This document shows positions 16,659-26,620 of a stretch of 64,000 nucleotides of DNA, one piece after another. Every line of letters begins with the position of its first letter. Position 1 is the stretch's first letter. The notes below the pieces were generated by a model. It was not told the origin of the DNA, did no database searches, and saw only the letters and a program-made list of their open reading frames with translations. The stretch comes from Candidatus Hydrogenedentota bacterium (GTDB taxonomy: Bacteria; Hydrogenedentota; Hydrogenedentia; Hydrogenedentales; SLHB01). A program made the position numbers and the translations under genes. The stretch is from contig BTVY01000004.1 in assembly GCA_045863335.1 (NCBI GenBank), positions 32,001 through 96,000 of the forward strand. The letters are read 5' to 3'.

Positions 16659-18194
16659 TTGTTAGCACGAATCCAATCTTGCGTCATACTGGGGATCGAT
16701 GGGATTCCTCTGTCCGTCGAGGTGGACAATCATCCGGGATTGAACAAACTCACGATTGTGGGATTGCCCGATACCGCCGTGAAGGAAAGTCAGGAGCGGG
16801 TTACCTCAGCGATCAGAAACTCCGGGTTTCGAGTTCCGAGGGGGGTCACAGTCGTCAACCTTGCGCCCGCGGACATTCGGAAGGAAGGGAGTTCACTCGA
16901 TCTTCCCATTGCGTTGGGTATCTTAGCGGCCACGGAACAAATCAATGGAGAGCGAATCTTCGAATACTCCACCGTCGGTGAGCTTGCACTCGACGGCTCG
17001 GTCCGCACCGTTGCGGGTGTCCTTCCAATGACTCTGTCATCTCGCGAACAAGGTCTTCGGGGAATTCTGATCCCAAAAGTCAACGCCCAAGAGGCTGGCA
17101 TCGTGCCGGATGTAAACGCGATTCCTGTAGAAACACTAACCGATGCAGTTGGCTTCATGACCGGAACGAGCGACATCGAGCCGTTCGTGACCAGCCTTGA
17201 GGCAGTGCTCCAGAACGGGCGCACGCACGTTGCCGATTTCAGCGATGTGAAAGGTCAAGCCCACGTCAAACGGGCGCTCACCATTGCGGCCGCTGGCGGC
17301 CACAACGTCCTCATGGTCGGGCCTCCTGGTACCGGCAAGACTATGCTGGCATCCCGGCTACCCGGAATCCTACCGGATATGACGTTTGACGAAGCTTTGG
17401 AAACCACTCGTGTGTATAGCGTGGCGGGAGCTTTGGGCAACGGCAGGCACCTTGTCGCGCAACGGCCGTTCCGGGCACCCCATCAAACCGCGACCACAGT
17501 GGCGATTTCCGGCGGTGGACACGGACAGCGGCCCATGCCGGGAGAAGTTAGCATGGCACATAATGGCGTCCTGTTTTTGGACGAACTGCCCGAGTTCAAT
17601 CGCGCCGCGCTGGAAGTTTTGCGGCAGCCTCTCGAGGAAGGGTTGGTGCACATCAGGCGAGCGCTCTATTCGGTAACATTTCCGTCGCGTTTCTTGCTCG
17701 TAGTGGCGCTCAATTCATGTCCCTGTGGATATCGTTCGCATCCGACCAAGTCCTGTCGTTGCTCGGTCGGCGAGATTCAACGATACATGTCCCGTCTGTC
17801 TGGGCCATTGCTTGACCGTATCGATATCCATGTCGACGTTCCTACCTTGACATACGACGAGATCGCCAATCGAGCGCCAACGGGTCCAACAAGCGCGGAA
17901 GTAAGAACCACAGTGCAAGACGCCCGTGACCGCCAACGAATTCGCTACAAAGGTCGGATAGCCTGCAACGCCAGACTGGATTCCGGTGCGATCAGAGAAC
18001 ACTGTCCGGTAAGCAAGGAATCCGAGCGGCTGCTGGAAAACGTCATGGATGAATTCGGCCTTAGCGCACGTGCTTACGATAAGATCCTCAGGGTGGCGCG
18101 AACCATCGCCGACGTGAAAGGAGCAGAACACATCTCGGAAATGCACGTGGCGGAGGCGGTTCATTACAGAAGTATGGATCGGCACCTTCCTTGA
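16659..18194 (+). CDS. comM: YifB/ComM Mg-chelatase-like AAA ATPase, full length
   Basis: IVGLPDTAVKES, NLAPADIRKEG, GPPGTGKTMLA, PFRAPH, LFLDELPEF, CPCG, SGPLLDRIDI. Probable TTG start at 16659. Confidence 0.93.
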   Translation: MLARIQSCVILGIDGIPLSVEVDNHPGLNKLTIVGLPDTAVKESQERVTSAIRNSGFRVPRGVTVVNLAPADIRKEGSSLDLPIALGILAATEQINGERIFEYSTVGELALDGSVRTVAGVLPMTLSSREQGLRGILIPKVNAQEAGIVPDVNAIPVETLTDAVGFMTGTSDIEPFVTSLEAVLQNGRTHVADFSDVKGQAHVKRALTIAAAGGHNVLMVGPPGTGKTMLASRLPGILPDMTFDEALETTRVYSVAGALGNGRHLVAQRPFRAPHQTATTVAISGGGHGQRPMPGEVSMAHNGVLFLDELPEFNRAALEVLRQPLEEGLVHIRRALYSVTFPSRFLLVVALNSCPCGYRSHPTKSCRCSVGEIQRYMSRLSGPLLDRIDIHVDVPTLTYDEIANRAPTGPTSAEVRTTVQDARDRQRIRYKGRIACNARLDSGAIREHCPVSKESERLLENVMDEFGLSARAYDKILRVARTIADVKGAEHISEMHVAEAVHYRSMDRHLP

Positions 18195-18623
18195 GTATAG
18201 GGCCCCTCCGACGCTAACGCCATAATACGATCTGCAAGTCCCACAGCAACTCTACAACCCCCTCCATGCGAGATTTCGACAAGTGTAACAGGATGTTGCG
18301 CTTGTAATGTAAATCTTTTTTACACTTTCCTGGATAATGCGACCCTTTGTCTCGCTTAAGAAGATCGTCTTGCCTACCTTTTCGCCAATGACTTAGCAAA
18401 ATGCGAGCTTGCGAGACAGTTTCTGGTGTGGATCTTGCGTGTACACCCATAGTCGACAAAACAATTTCATGCGGGTACCGCGCGGCGATTGGATACAACC
18501 GAGAAAATGAGATCGATTACTGTGACAGGATTTTACTCTTGGCCGTCTTCCGCCAGTTCGTTGTCACGCGGAACTCTTAGCGTTGCGGAGGCGCGCGCAA
18601 GTTCTTGTCAGTACGGGGATTAT

Positions 18624-19037
18624 ATGTATGACCTAGATTCAATTCCTACGGAAGCCCAGATCAGGAAGTTCATCCGCCGCGGGCTCTTCGGAAAGAATGT
18701 CTATTGCCCGCAATGCAGGAATAGACGGGTCCATAAAGATGGCGCGCGGTATTGGTGCGCCAAATGTCGACGAAGGTTCTCGCTTCTTTCCCACACTTGG
18801 CTCCGCGACCTCAAAATTACGCTGCAAAAATGGTGGCTAATTCTGTGGTGTTGGAGTTCCCGCATGTCGCTCAAGCAAGCGGCCGACATCACTGGTCTGT
18901 CCGAAGCAACGGTTCGGCGCTGGTACACTCGGTTCCAGCAAAAAGCACCGAGGGATCCCAGCATACTCGCAAGTGCCCTCTCGCTGGACCAAGAATGTGA
19001 AGTGAGATGGTTGCTCGGTCCAGAAGAGAAGGTTTAG
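18624..19037 (+). pseudogene. Truncated IS1595-like transposase (zinc ribbon and HTH only)
   Basis: CPQC...WCAKCRRRFS, then GLSEATVRRW; no DDE domain before the stop. Confidence 0.65.
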
Positions 19038-19177
19038 TCCAAGTAGTACGCTCGCTAGTGCAAAATTTCCCTGATAACAAAACGCAAAATTCCGCGACAA
19101 ACGTAAGAAAAATCACCGATCTATGCGCCAATTGGATAAGGGTTTGGGTAGTACTGGCGTCCCCCATGGCAAGCCCA

Positions 19178-19206
19178 TTGACATTTCGAACGAAGTGTAG
19201 TACAGT
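19178..19206 (+). promoter_or_regulatory. sigma70-type promoter upstream of the small precursor-like ORF
   Basis: TTGACA-17bp-TACAGT. Confidence 0.6.
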
Positions 19207-19257
19207 CATATTTGGAACCCAGTCAAAAAAGGTAGCGAGAAATTGGAGGGTACACAA

Positions 19258-19368
19258 ATGTCCGGGAGCAGGAAAAATGTCTACGAGCCACCGAAAATCG
19301 AAACTTATGAGGAAAGTGACTTCGTTGCGGAGGCGGCTCTTGCTGACATAAGTTGCGACCAGCTGTAA
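19258..19368 (+). CDS. Putative RiPP precursor peptide (36 aa)
   Basis: My translation: MSGSRKNVYEPPKIETYEESDFVAEAALADISCDQL*. GGAGG RBS and a YxxPx(I/L) leader motif. Confidence 0.7.
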   Translation: MSGSRKNVYEPPKIETYEESDFVAEAALADISCDQL

Positions 19369-20351
19369 AGGTGTTAGTGCCTTCGGTTGCGAATGAACTC
19401 TTCATAAGTGTCTTGGGTATAACGATTCTAATCAAGGGCACTAGGGGGAGTCCAGAGTTGAAACGCCTGCGGGAGCATTTTGCTCCCTATATTGAAGAGA
19501 AGGTCCCTGAGATAATTCACGCCAGCATCGGCGTCGAGCGAAACGGCGTAGATTCGGTGATCTCCTATGGTGATCGAGAGGCACATATAGAATTTCGTTC
19601 GCAGTGGCCGAATATTGAGCATTTTGTCCAAATGGTTTTAATTCAGCTTCGTCCGAAGTATTTCTTCCTTCATGCTGCGAGCATTTCTCAAGGCGACGAA
19701 TGTGTGCTGCTAATTGGCAGTACAGGCGCCGGGAAGTCAACGCTGGCAAGAACTCTCACTTCCTGGGGATTTACGATAGAATGCGAGGACGTAACGCCAA
19801 TAGACGTGAGAACTCAATCGGCCCATCGGTATCGTCCACAAATATGTTCCCAGAATGAAGATGCAACCCGACGTTCTGAGTCTTTCTGTGTGGACGCCGG
19901 TGGGTATGAATCACACCAGAAGCCGATCTCCCTGCTAATCTATTTGGGGAATTTGGACGATCTTTCTGTCATGGGACGCGAATTAACATTACGGACTCTG
20001 GAATCCAAATCAATTGGCGAACAATTTCGTGCGTGGCGAGTTCTCTGTCGACTTTGTCTTGGCGATGAGAATGCCGAACGAAATCCGTCAAGTACAGGTC
20101 CAGTTTTGATACCACGATTCTCGTTTAATGAGGCCCTGACAATGCGGAAGCTGACTCCGTCCACTGCGGTAAGAGTATTCTCAAAACACTTGCTTTATCC
20201 CGCACCTGACATTGGAGAAGTGATTCGCCAGTTCAGCCCAGTACTCGCTCGCTTGCCAATGTTTAACATAATTCACGGAAGCCCTGCGCAGCGGGCAGAG
20301 AGTGTAATTAAGTTATTCAATGAGCGGGCGAAATCCGCTTCCCTTGCCTAG
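19353..20351 (+). CDS. HprK-related kinase
   Basis: FLHAASI...LLIGSTGAGKSTLA...ECED. Confidence 0.75.
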   Translation: MRPAVKVLVPSVANELFISVLGITILIKGTRGSPELKRLREHFAPYIEEKVPEIIHASIGVERNGVDSVISYGDREAHIEFRSQWPNIEHFVQMVLIQLRPKYFFLHAASISQGDECVLLIGSTGAGKSTLARTLTSWGFTIECEDVTPIDVRTQSAHRYRPQICSQNEDATRRSESFCVDAGGYESHQKPISLLIYLGNLDDLSVMGRELTLRTLESKSIGEQFRAWRVLCRLCLGDENAERNPSSTGPVLIPRFSFNEALTMRKLTPSTAVRVFSKHLLYPAPDIGEVIRQFSPVLARLPMFNIIHGSPAQRAESVIKLFNERAKSASLA

Positions 20352-20951
20352 AGAAAGCGAATACGTTGTGACGGGGTGTCGGGGTGGGCGTAGATTAATA
20401 ACACTTGGGGAGAGAACGATGAGAGACCTGGTGCAGAATCTTTGTTCGGCCTCTTTGGCATTTATTCTCATATCGACCATTTGCCTAGCTCAAGCTCCCA
20501 CGGACCGCCTTGTAGAGACAGGTTGTCTCAGTGGAACCGTTCCTGCTAACTACCCCGCGAAATCACAGTCCGAAACCAACAATAATAAGCCAATCCTCAT
20601 TGAAGGTTTAATCAATGGCGAGATATTCGTGTGTGCAGGGAAGATTTTTGAAGTGACCGCAAGCGGTGGTAGCGATTGTGATCTGAAACAGGGCAGCGGG
20701 TGTTCTGGCTGTTCCGGCATGCGGTGCGCTGAGAAATGGGACAATTTCAACGCCAACTACGGTTGGAGCGGCAGTGGTCTCGTTGACCAAGCGTACGGTG
20801 TTTGGGAATCAAAACACTTAGTTGAGGCTCCCGTGGATTGGGGGGCAAGCACAACGATCACGGTAACGCGAGAAGAATGTACTATCAAATCCGGCGAGAC
20901 TGCTGCAAACAAGACTTGTACTCTAAAGATAACTGCTACTGAGCCTTCGCG
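20342..20951 (+). repeat. 610-bp direct repeat, copy 1 (copy 2 at 22647-23256)
   Basis: Sequences read identical from CCTTGCCTAG to GAGCCTTCGCG, offset 2305 bp. Confidence 0.92.
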
Positions 20952-21585
20952 CAATTCATTGACGGTCTGTGCGCATACATCCTTGGGTTACAGTATGAGC
21001 ACGGCACAGCAGCTGATGGATGATGCAGCTAAAGAAGTCTATTTGCTCGACGAAGATAGCAATTCCGGTACTGAGGATATTCACTGTTGTACTGGCTTCA
21101 CGGCGAGTGGAAGCCTTGTAACATTTACTGACAATAATGTGTCTTCGGCCGACACCGTGGAAGATGGAACGTTTGACGGAATCTCGGATGAAGATACATA
21201 TAGAGATATGGTTGAAGACCAAGACGCGAATGGTGACTGGTATGGTATAACCTGGAATAATGAGAGTAAGTACATGAAGATAGTTGTTGTGGACGAGATC
21301 CTGTGGACTCGAACCTTGGGGAATATCCCGCAGAATAATCGTCCTGGTTTCTATTTGCCGGCGAGACACAAACTCTACTACGCGGTCAACGCCAACGCGA
21401 AGGTGTGGGCCCATGAATATGGGCACTACGCGGGACTCGCAGATTTGTACGACGCGCAAGGTCCGCTGCAGGGTTATGAAAATAACTTTATGGCGACACT
21501 CACTGCTGGCGGAGTGACCACAGTGAATGACCCAGATTTGGGTGCCGGTACAAACCAGTGTACAAAATTGACGAACGCAAATTAG
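20419..21585 (+). CDS. Secreted Cys-rich protein with a C-terminal zinc-metalloprotease motif (variant 1)
   Basis: Signal-peptide-like N-terminus; WAHEYGHYAGLADLY (HExxH). Confidence 0.75.
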   Translation: MRDLVQNLCSASLAFILISTICLAQAPTDRLVETGCLSGTVPANYPAKSQSETNNNKPILIEGLINGEIFVCAGKIFEVTASGGSDCDLKQGSGCSGCSGMRCAEKWDNFNANYGWSGSGLVDQAYGVWESKHLVEAPVDWGASTTITVTREECTIKSGETAANKTCTLKITATEPSRNSLTVCAHTSLGYSMSTAQQLMDDAAKEVYLLDEDSNSGTEDIHCCTGFTASGSLVTFTDNNVSSADTVEDGTFDGISDEDTYRDMVEDQDANGDWYGITWNNESKYMKIVVVDEILWTRTLGNIPQNNRPGFYLPARHKLYYAVNANAKVWAHEYGHYAGLADLYDAQGPLQGYENNFMATLTAGGVTTVNDPDLGAGTNQCTKLTNAN

Positions 21586-21770
21586 AATTCCTGCGGAATT
21601 AGATCACCGTCGCGCAGTCGTGATGTCTGTTGAGTGGAGTCGGTAGCGGGCATATATTCGTTTGCATATGAGAGTTGAAACCAGACGAGCCTGTACGCCT
21701 ACGAAGTTCGGTACATGGCAGGAGCTTCGTAAACGGCTATAGGCAACTCCTAGTGTGGAGGGCATGTAAA

Positions 21771-22619
21771 ATGAAATTCATTACAAGAATATCTGTTTGT
21801 ATGACTGTATTGCCGTTCGCGGTCGGTTTTTCCCATGCCCAGCCAGTGGATACTAATAGTAGTAGTGAGCACTTAGCCCTCACCCAACAGGAGAGGGATG
21901 AAGTTCGCAGTAGCCTCGACCGGGTTACGGCAGAGGTATTCGCGGATGCAATCGCCAAGGATTATGAGTCCAAGAATTTAAACATATCTCCATTCCTGGA
22001 AACCATAGTTCTTGACGAGAGCGAGAGTGTATCGACTAGAACTCAGGCAATATTCTTGCTCGGACAATTGGAAGAGAATAGCTCTACGGACGTATTTATA
22101 GACATTATCGATTCACGACTGAAGCAAGAAATGATGAAGGATGACATCGAGTTGATTAGGTGTTCAATGATTGCACTCGGCTGGCAAGGAGACAAGCGTG
22201 CATTAGAGCTTCTCTTTAAGTTGGCTTCAAAGGAGTTTTGGGCTCAGGTTACGCCCGATGGTATCGCATGCGCCGATTGCGACACTATTCAGGAGGGTAA
22301 TGTGATCACCTATTTACGCAAACAGGCCCTGTCGGCTCTTGCAGGATCGGGGACTGATGAAGCGATAAAGGCATTCGCGACGGGCGAGGGGTTACCGGCG
22401 GACCTAAGCAGAAGCTTTCCCCATCGTCTAGACATTGCTGTTTACCGTAAGTGCGACATAATCGCCATACCGGACAAGCTTTCGAAGCTCGATCAGGATG
22501 AGCGTTCCCAATATTGGGATACCTGGTCATGGATTCAGAAAGAATTCGGATCGCGCGAAGAAATTTATCAGAGGTTTAGGAACGAATCCGGTCAAGCCCC
22601 GTCGGAGCCGGAAGGCTAG
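21771..22619 (+). CDS. Secreted HEAT-repeat-like partner protein 1
   Basis: Signal peptide; RTQAIFLLGQL, MIALGWQGD and RKQALSALAGSG helical repeats. Confidence 0.65.
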   Translation: MKFITRISVCMTVLPFAVGFSHAQPVDTNSSSEHLALTQQERDEVRSSLDRVTAEVFADAIAKDYESKNLNISPFLETIVLDESESVSTRTQAIFLLGQLEENSSTDVFIDIIDSRLKQEMMKDDIELIRCSMIALGWQGDKRALELLFKLASKEFWAQVTPDGIACADCDTIQEGNVITYLRKQALSALAGSGTDEAIKAFATGEGLPADLSRSFPHRLDIAVYRKCDIIAIPDKLSKLDQDERSQYWDTWSWIQKEFGSREEIYQRFRNESGQAPSEPEG

Positions 22620-22646
22620 AAGACTCACGAACGAAGACCCAGAGTT

Positions 22647-23256
22647 CCTTGCCTAGAGAAAGCGAATACGTTGTGACGGGGTGTCGGGGTGGGCGTAGAT
22701 TAATAACACTTGGGGAGAGAACGATGAGAGACCTGGTGCAGAATCTTTGTTCGGCCTCTTTGGCATTTATTCTCATATCGACCATTTGCCTAGCTCAAGC
22801 TCCCACGGACCGCCTTGTAGAGACAGGTTGTCTCAGTGGAACCGTTCCTGCTAACTACCCCGCGAAATCACAGTCCGAAACCAACAATAATAAGCCAATC
22901 CTCATTGAAGGTTTAATCAATGGCGAGATATTCGTGTGTGCAGGGAAGATTTTTGAAGTGACCGCAAGCGGTGGTAGCGATTGTGATCTGAAACAGGGCA
23001 GCGGGTGTTCTGGCTGTTCCGGCATGCGGTGCGCTGAGAAATGGGACAATTTCAACGCCAACTACGGTTGGAGCGGCAGTGGTCTCGTTGACCAAGCGTA
23101 CGGTGTTTGGGAATCAAAACACTTAGTTGAGGCTCCCGTGGATTGGGGGGCAAGCACAACGATCACGGTAACGCGAGAAGAATGTACTATCAAATCCGGC
23201 GAGACTGCTGCAAACAAGACTTGTACTCTAAAGATAACTGCTACTGAGCCTTCGCG
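22647..23256 (+). repeat. 610-bp direct repeat, copy 2
   Basis: Reads identical to 20342-20951. Confidence 0.92.
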
Positions 23257-23848
23257 AGACGCGATCACAGTTTCGAAGCACACGTCAGGAAGCATTAACC
23301 CGAATATACAAATCTTAACGGCGCAACAAACCAAAGAAGTATTGCTGAAGGACGACGACACTCTAGCGCTTACGGCGGACAACCACTGCTGCAAAGGCTT
23401 CAAGCATTCGGCAACTTACATCTTTGATGACAGCGACGTACACTCTTCCCTGACAGGTTTTACTTCAATCGATACTCAGGCTAAGCACAATGCAATTAAA
23501 GGATCGTGGGCCGACGGTAGCAAGAAGAAACGATACATAATGGTGGATAGTTACACGTTTGACTACAATAATAATGTGCCTACGCAGACGCAGCAGCGCA
23601 GCTATACAACTGCGAATCATGTATACATGAACATGGCTAACGCTACTGATTGGACATGGATTCACGAATGGGGACACGAGGCTGGCGATTTGGCGGACCT
23701 CTACTGCAGAACGCCTGGCTCATCAGCGTGGTGCCAGAATGAGGGCGACCCAAACCCTGCCTATCCCAACAACTGGATGAACATTCACAACGGGAAATTT
23801 GTGGGCACCGTCTCGCCAGACGGCGATCAATGTGCCGAGCTCCCGTAG
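22724..23848 (+). CDS. Secreted Cys-rich protein with a C-terminal zinc-metalloprotease motif (variant 2)
   Basis: N-terminus identical to 20419; divergent C-terminus with WIHEWGHEAGDLADLY. Confidence 0.75.
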   Translation: MRDLVQNLCSASLAFILISTICLAQAPTDRLVETGCLSGTVPANYPAKSQSETNNNKPILIEGLINGEIFVCAGKIFEVTASGGSDCDLKQGSGCSGCSGMRCAEKWDNFNANYGWSGSGLVDQAYGVWESKHLVEAPVDWGASTTITVTREECTIKSGETAANKTCTLKITATEPSRDAITVSKHTSGSINPNIQILTAQQTKEVLLKDDDTLALTADNHCCKGFKHSATYIFDDSDVHSSLTGFTSIDTQAKHNAIKGSWADGSKKKRYIMVDSYTFDYNNNVPTQTQQRSYTTANHVYMNMANATDWTWIHEWGHEAGDLADLYCRTPGSSAWCQNEGDPNPAYPNNWMNIHNGKFVGTVSPDGDQCAELP

Positions 23849-23939
23849 TTGCGGCTTAAGTAAAAGGCCAGCAAGCAGGTCTTGTCTGGCTCCTTTCACC
23901 AGAAGTAGCCAGTAGACTCACAAAAGAGGAGGCGTCCCA

Positions 23940-24734
23940 ATGTTAACGATAAGGCCGCAGCATTTTCAGTTACTCCTCATTACTTATTTCGGCGTATTCG
24001 CCGTTGTACATGCTCAGTCGGCGGCACCTGAAGGGGGAGCCAATAACGAAGTCGTCGATTTGATAGTAGGTAACGAATTGACAGTCAAGGGAAAGGCAAA
24101 GATTGACTCGATTCTTGAGAATAGGCTTGTAAATTTTGACGATCAAATGATGGTGAATCTTGTAGAAATGTATCCAGAAACCGCTGTGGCGGAATATCTA
24201 ATCGAAGTGGCAGATGATAGTAATCGGCACGCGGTCACGCGCCAGCGCGCCATGGCATGGCTCGCCTACACGAAAGATGATCGAGCTGAAGACTTCCTGC
24301 GGAGCTATGTTGAACGACTCACCAACCTAGAGAAGAAGGATTTAGACTTCGTGGAGTTTAATCTGCTCCACGCAGCGATAATGTCGCAGGGATCAATTGG
24401 GAGCAATTCTTCGATTGACTATCTTTTACAAATATCCAGCAAGGACTTTTGGGAAAGGAAAACTATAAGCTGCAATTGGCTAAATATGGACGCGGAAGGT
24501 ATAGAAACTCATATGCGAAAGGCTGCGCTTTGGGGTATAGTCAGATCCGAAACAAGCCGCGCAGTTGCACTATTCCCAAGCGATTCCAATCCAATGCCAG
24601 GCCTGCTCAGCGAAGAGGAAGCCGCCAGTTTAGCCCGTACCGCGAGGTTACGTGCGCAGAAAGTATACGTCGATCCGGAAGCTCAAAGAGAGGCATCTCA
24701 ACAGTCAGAACCCTCGAACATCCAAGGAGAATAG
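23940..24734 (+). CDS. Secreted HEAT-repeat-like partner protein 2
   Basis: Signal peptide. TRQRAMAWL, SKDFW and MRKAALWGI align with TRTQAIFLL, SKEFW and LRKQALSAL in partner 1. Confidence 0.65.
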   Translation: MLTIRPQHFQLLLITYFGVFAVVHAQSAAPEGGANNEVVDLIVGNELTVKGKAKIDSILENRLVNFDDQMMVNLVEMYPETAVAEYLIEVADDSNRHAVTRQRAMAWLAYTKDDRAEDFLRSYVERLTNLEKKDLDFVEFNLLHAAIMSQGSIGSNSSIDYLLQISSKDFWERKTISCNWLNMDAEGIETHMRKAALWGIVRSETSRAVALFPSDSNPMPGLLSEEEAASLARTARLRAQKVYVDPEAQREASQQSEPSNIQGE

Positions 24735-24737
24735 TTC

Positions 24738-26447
24738 GTGGTACGAATAGGAACGGCGGTGGGTTATATTACCACCTGCGCAGGGTGGTTACGGGCGCCG
24801 TCGATACTAGGCATGGCTCCACTGGTTGTGATGGGCTGTTATAGATCTGACGTTTACCATCAGGAGCAGAGTCACCGTATCGAAATTGAGAAAGCGGAGG
24901 GAGAGTCGCAGACTATAGTTGGACATGAAGACTTCCTTAGTTCCCGCGAAGCAAGGACTGTAGTAGAGTGCATCCGAAACGGCAACGCTCCCCAATCAAA
25001 TTGTTACGCACAACTGGAGCGTCGTGGCGTCAGAACCGAGTCGATTCTAGCGATTCTAGAGCAGCTTGAAGTCGAGGATTTTGAGAAACATGCAAGCAGT
25101 CTCGAAGCGTTACTCGCACTAATCGAGCAATCAGAAGACAGCGTTTCGATCAGTTTAAGCGCACTTGAAGCGTTGTCAGTACGGGACATAGAAATATACG
25201 AGTGTTGGGTTGAGCTTTGCGAAAACTCGGGGAATATCGAAACGAAATTCGCGGCTCTGTACCAGAAGTATGTATATCACCAACTTCGCGAGCAACAAAG
25301 TGAAGTAGCCCGCAGCGCATTAGATTTATGGATATTTTGTCCCAAGTTAGTGCAAGAAAAGAACTTAGGCCTTCGACTTCAGGGGTCCCTTGAAAGCGCG
25401 GGGTACATTCTTGAATCCGATCTTCTGGGTCGAGAATTGGACCCCCAAGCAGTTGCCACGTACATAAAGACTGAATTGTGGCGAAAGAAAGTGCCAGGAA
25501 AGACATCCGGTAGTTACGAAGGTGATGCTATTGGCTTTTCGACACGTTTACCACAATTCTCCTTCCTAGACAGTGCGTTACACGCGGATTTCTGGCCAGT
25601 TATGAATTCGGTCTGTGAGGCGTCCAGGGCGGGAGATTGGCAATTAGTGCTGGAAGGTATAGCGACATGCAATTCGGTCTTGCGGCATCATCTCGTTGAA
25701 GGCCAAATGTCGATACATGACTTGCGCGTCGTGCGTGCAGCGGCGCTAGTTATCTACGCCGCAATGGATAAACTAGTTCTTGCGCATGAGCTAGGCCAAT
25801 CGCATAATATCACTCCGTTCGCGCTTGCATTGGAAAAGAGTTTGTGCACGCAACTAATCTGCGAACTTGCGATCCGCGAGTCCGAACTTAATCTCGCTGC
25901 CAACAGGGGACAAGCCTTAGGAAGCATCGAATGGTTGTTGGATTTTGCCAGAACTGAAGAATTACCCGCGATAACTCTAGAAGCGTATGGATTTGTTGTC
26001 GAGAAATTCCCAGGTACAGAGAATGCACTGGATGCGCAGTGCCTTCGGGGGGAATTGCTAGAGAAGGAATTCGGAAACCACCGCTCAGCAGTTAAAGATT
26101 ATTGGGCAGTTTTAGAGAGGGATTTATCGCCAGACAAGCGAGAGTATATAACTTTCCGACTCGCAAAGGCATTATTGCTCGGGATTAGGGATCCTCTGGC
26201 AGCTCAGGAGGTCCTCGTAAATTATCTGGAGGATCACCCTAACGGCGCCCATGCTGTGGGTTTGATGTACTTGCTGGCTTTGGCAGAATACGAGACGGGT
26301 TTGGAACCGGATGCGATCGAACGGATGCGGCGAATCGCAACGGGGCCGGATGGGCAGGACGAGAACGTAAGAAGTGCGGCCGAGAACTGGATCTCTCGAC
26401 TAAATGGAGAAAGCGGTGTGTCGCTACATGATACGCAGGCCAATTAG
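24738..26447 (+). CDS. TPR-containing protein, possible lipoprotein
   Basis: VVMGC lipobox-like; C-terminal TPR-like segments (EKFPGT, EDHPNG). Confidence 0.6.
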   Translation: MVRIGTAVGYITTCAGWLRAPSILGMAPLVVMGCYRSDVYHQEQSHRIEIEKAEGESQTIVGHEDFLSSREARTVVECIRNGNAPQSNCYAQLERRGVRTESILAILEQLEVEDFEKHASSLEALLALIEQSEDSVSISLSALEALSVRDIEIYECWVELCENSGNIETKFAALYQKYVYHQLREQQSEVARSALDLWIFCPKLVQEKNLGLRLQGSLESAGYILESDLLGRELDPQAVATYIKTELWRKKVPGKTSGSYEGDAIGFSTRLPQFSFLDSALHADFWPVMNSVCEASRAGDWQLVLEGIATCNSVLRHHLVEGQMSIHDLRVVRAAALVIYAAMDKLVLAHELGQSHNITPFALALEKSLCTQLICELAIRESELNLAANRGQALGSIEWLLDFARTEELPAITLEAYGFVVEKFPGTENALDAQCLRGELLEKEFGNHRSAVKDYWAVLERDLSPDKREYITFRLAKALLLGIRDPLAAQEVLVNYLEDHPNGAHAVGLMYLLALAEYETGLEPDAIERMRRIATGPDGQDENVRSAAENWISRLNGESGVSLHDTQAN

Positions 26448-26620
26448 ATCGCATATCATGTATCTGCTTTCACAAACGTGCACCGGCAGGATGTGACTCA
26501 CTAAACGTGAAATCGTAATCAGGTTGTAACACATAACAGGAACCGAAGCTCGGTCGGCGAGTGTATCGGACTTTGACTGAAAAGCGGCAGGAAGAGCGTT
26601 TACTGCCAGTATGGTAGGGA

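Noticed and set aside
20342-23256. Diversity-generating retroelement TR/VR pair
   Set aside because: The copies read identical rather than differing at adenines, and no reverse transcriptase is present.
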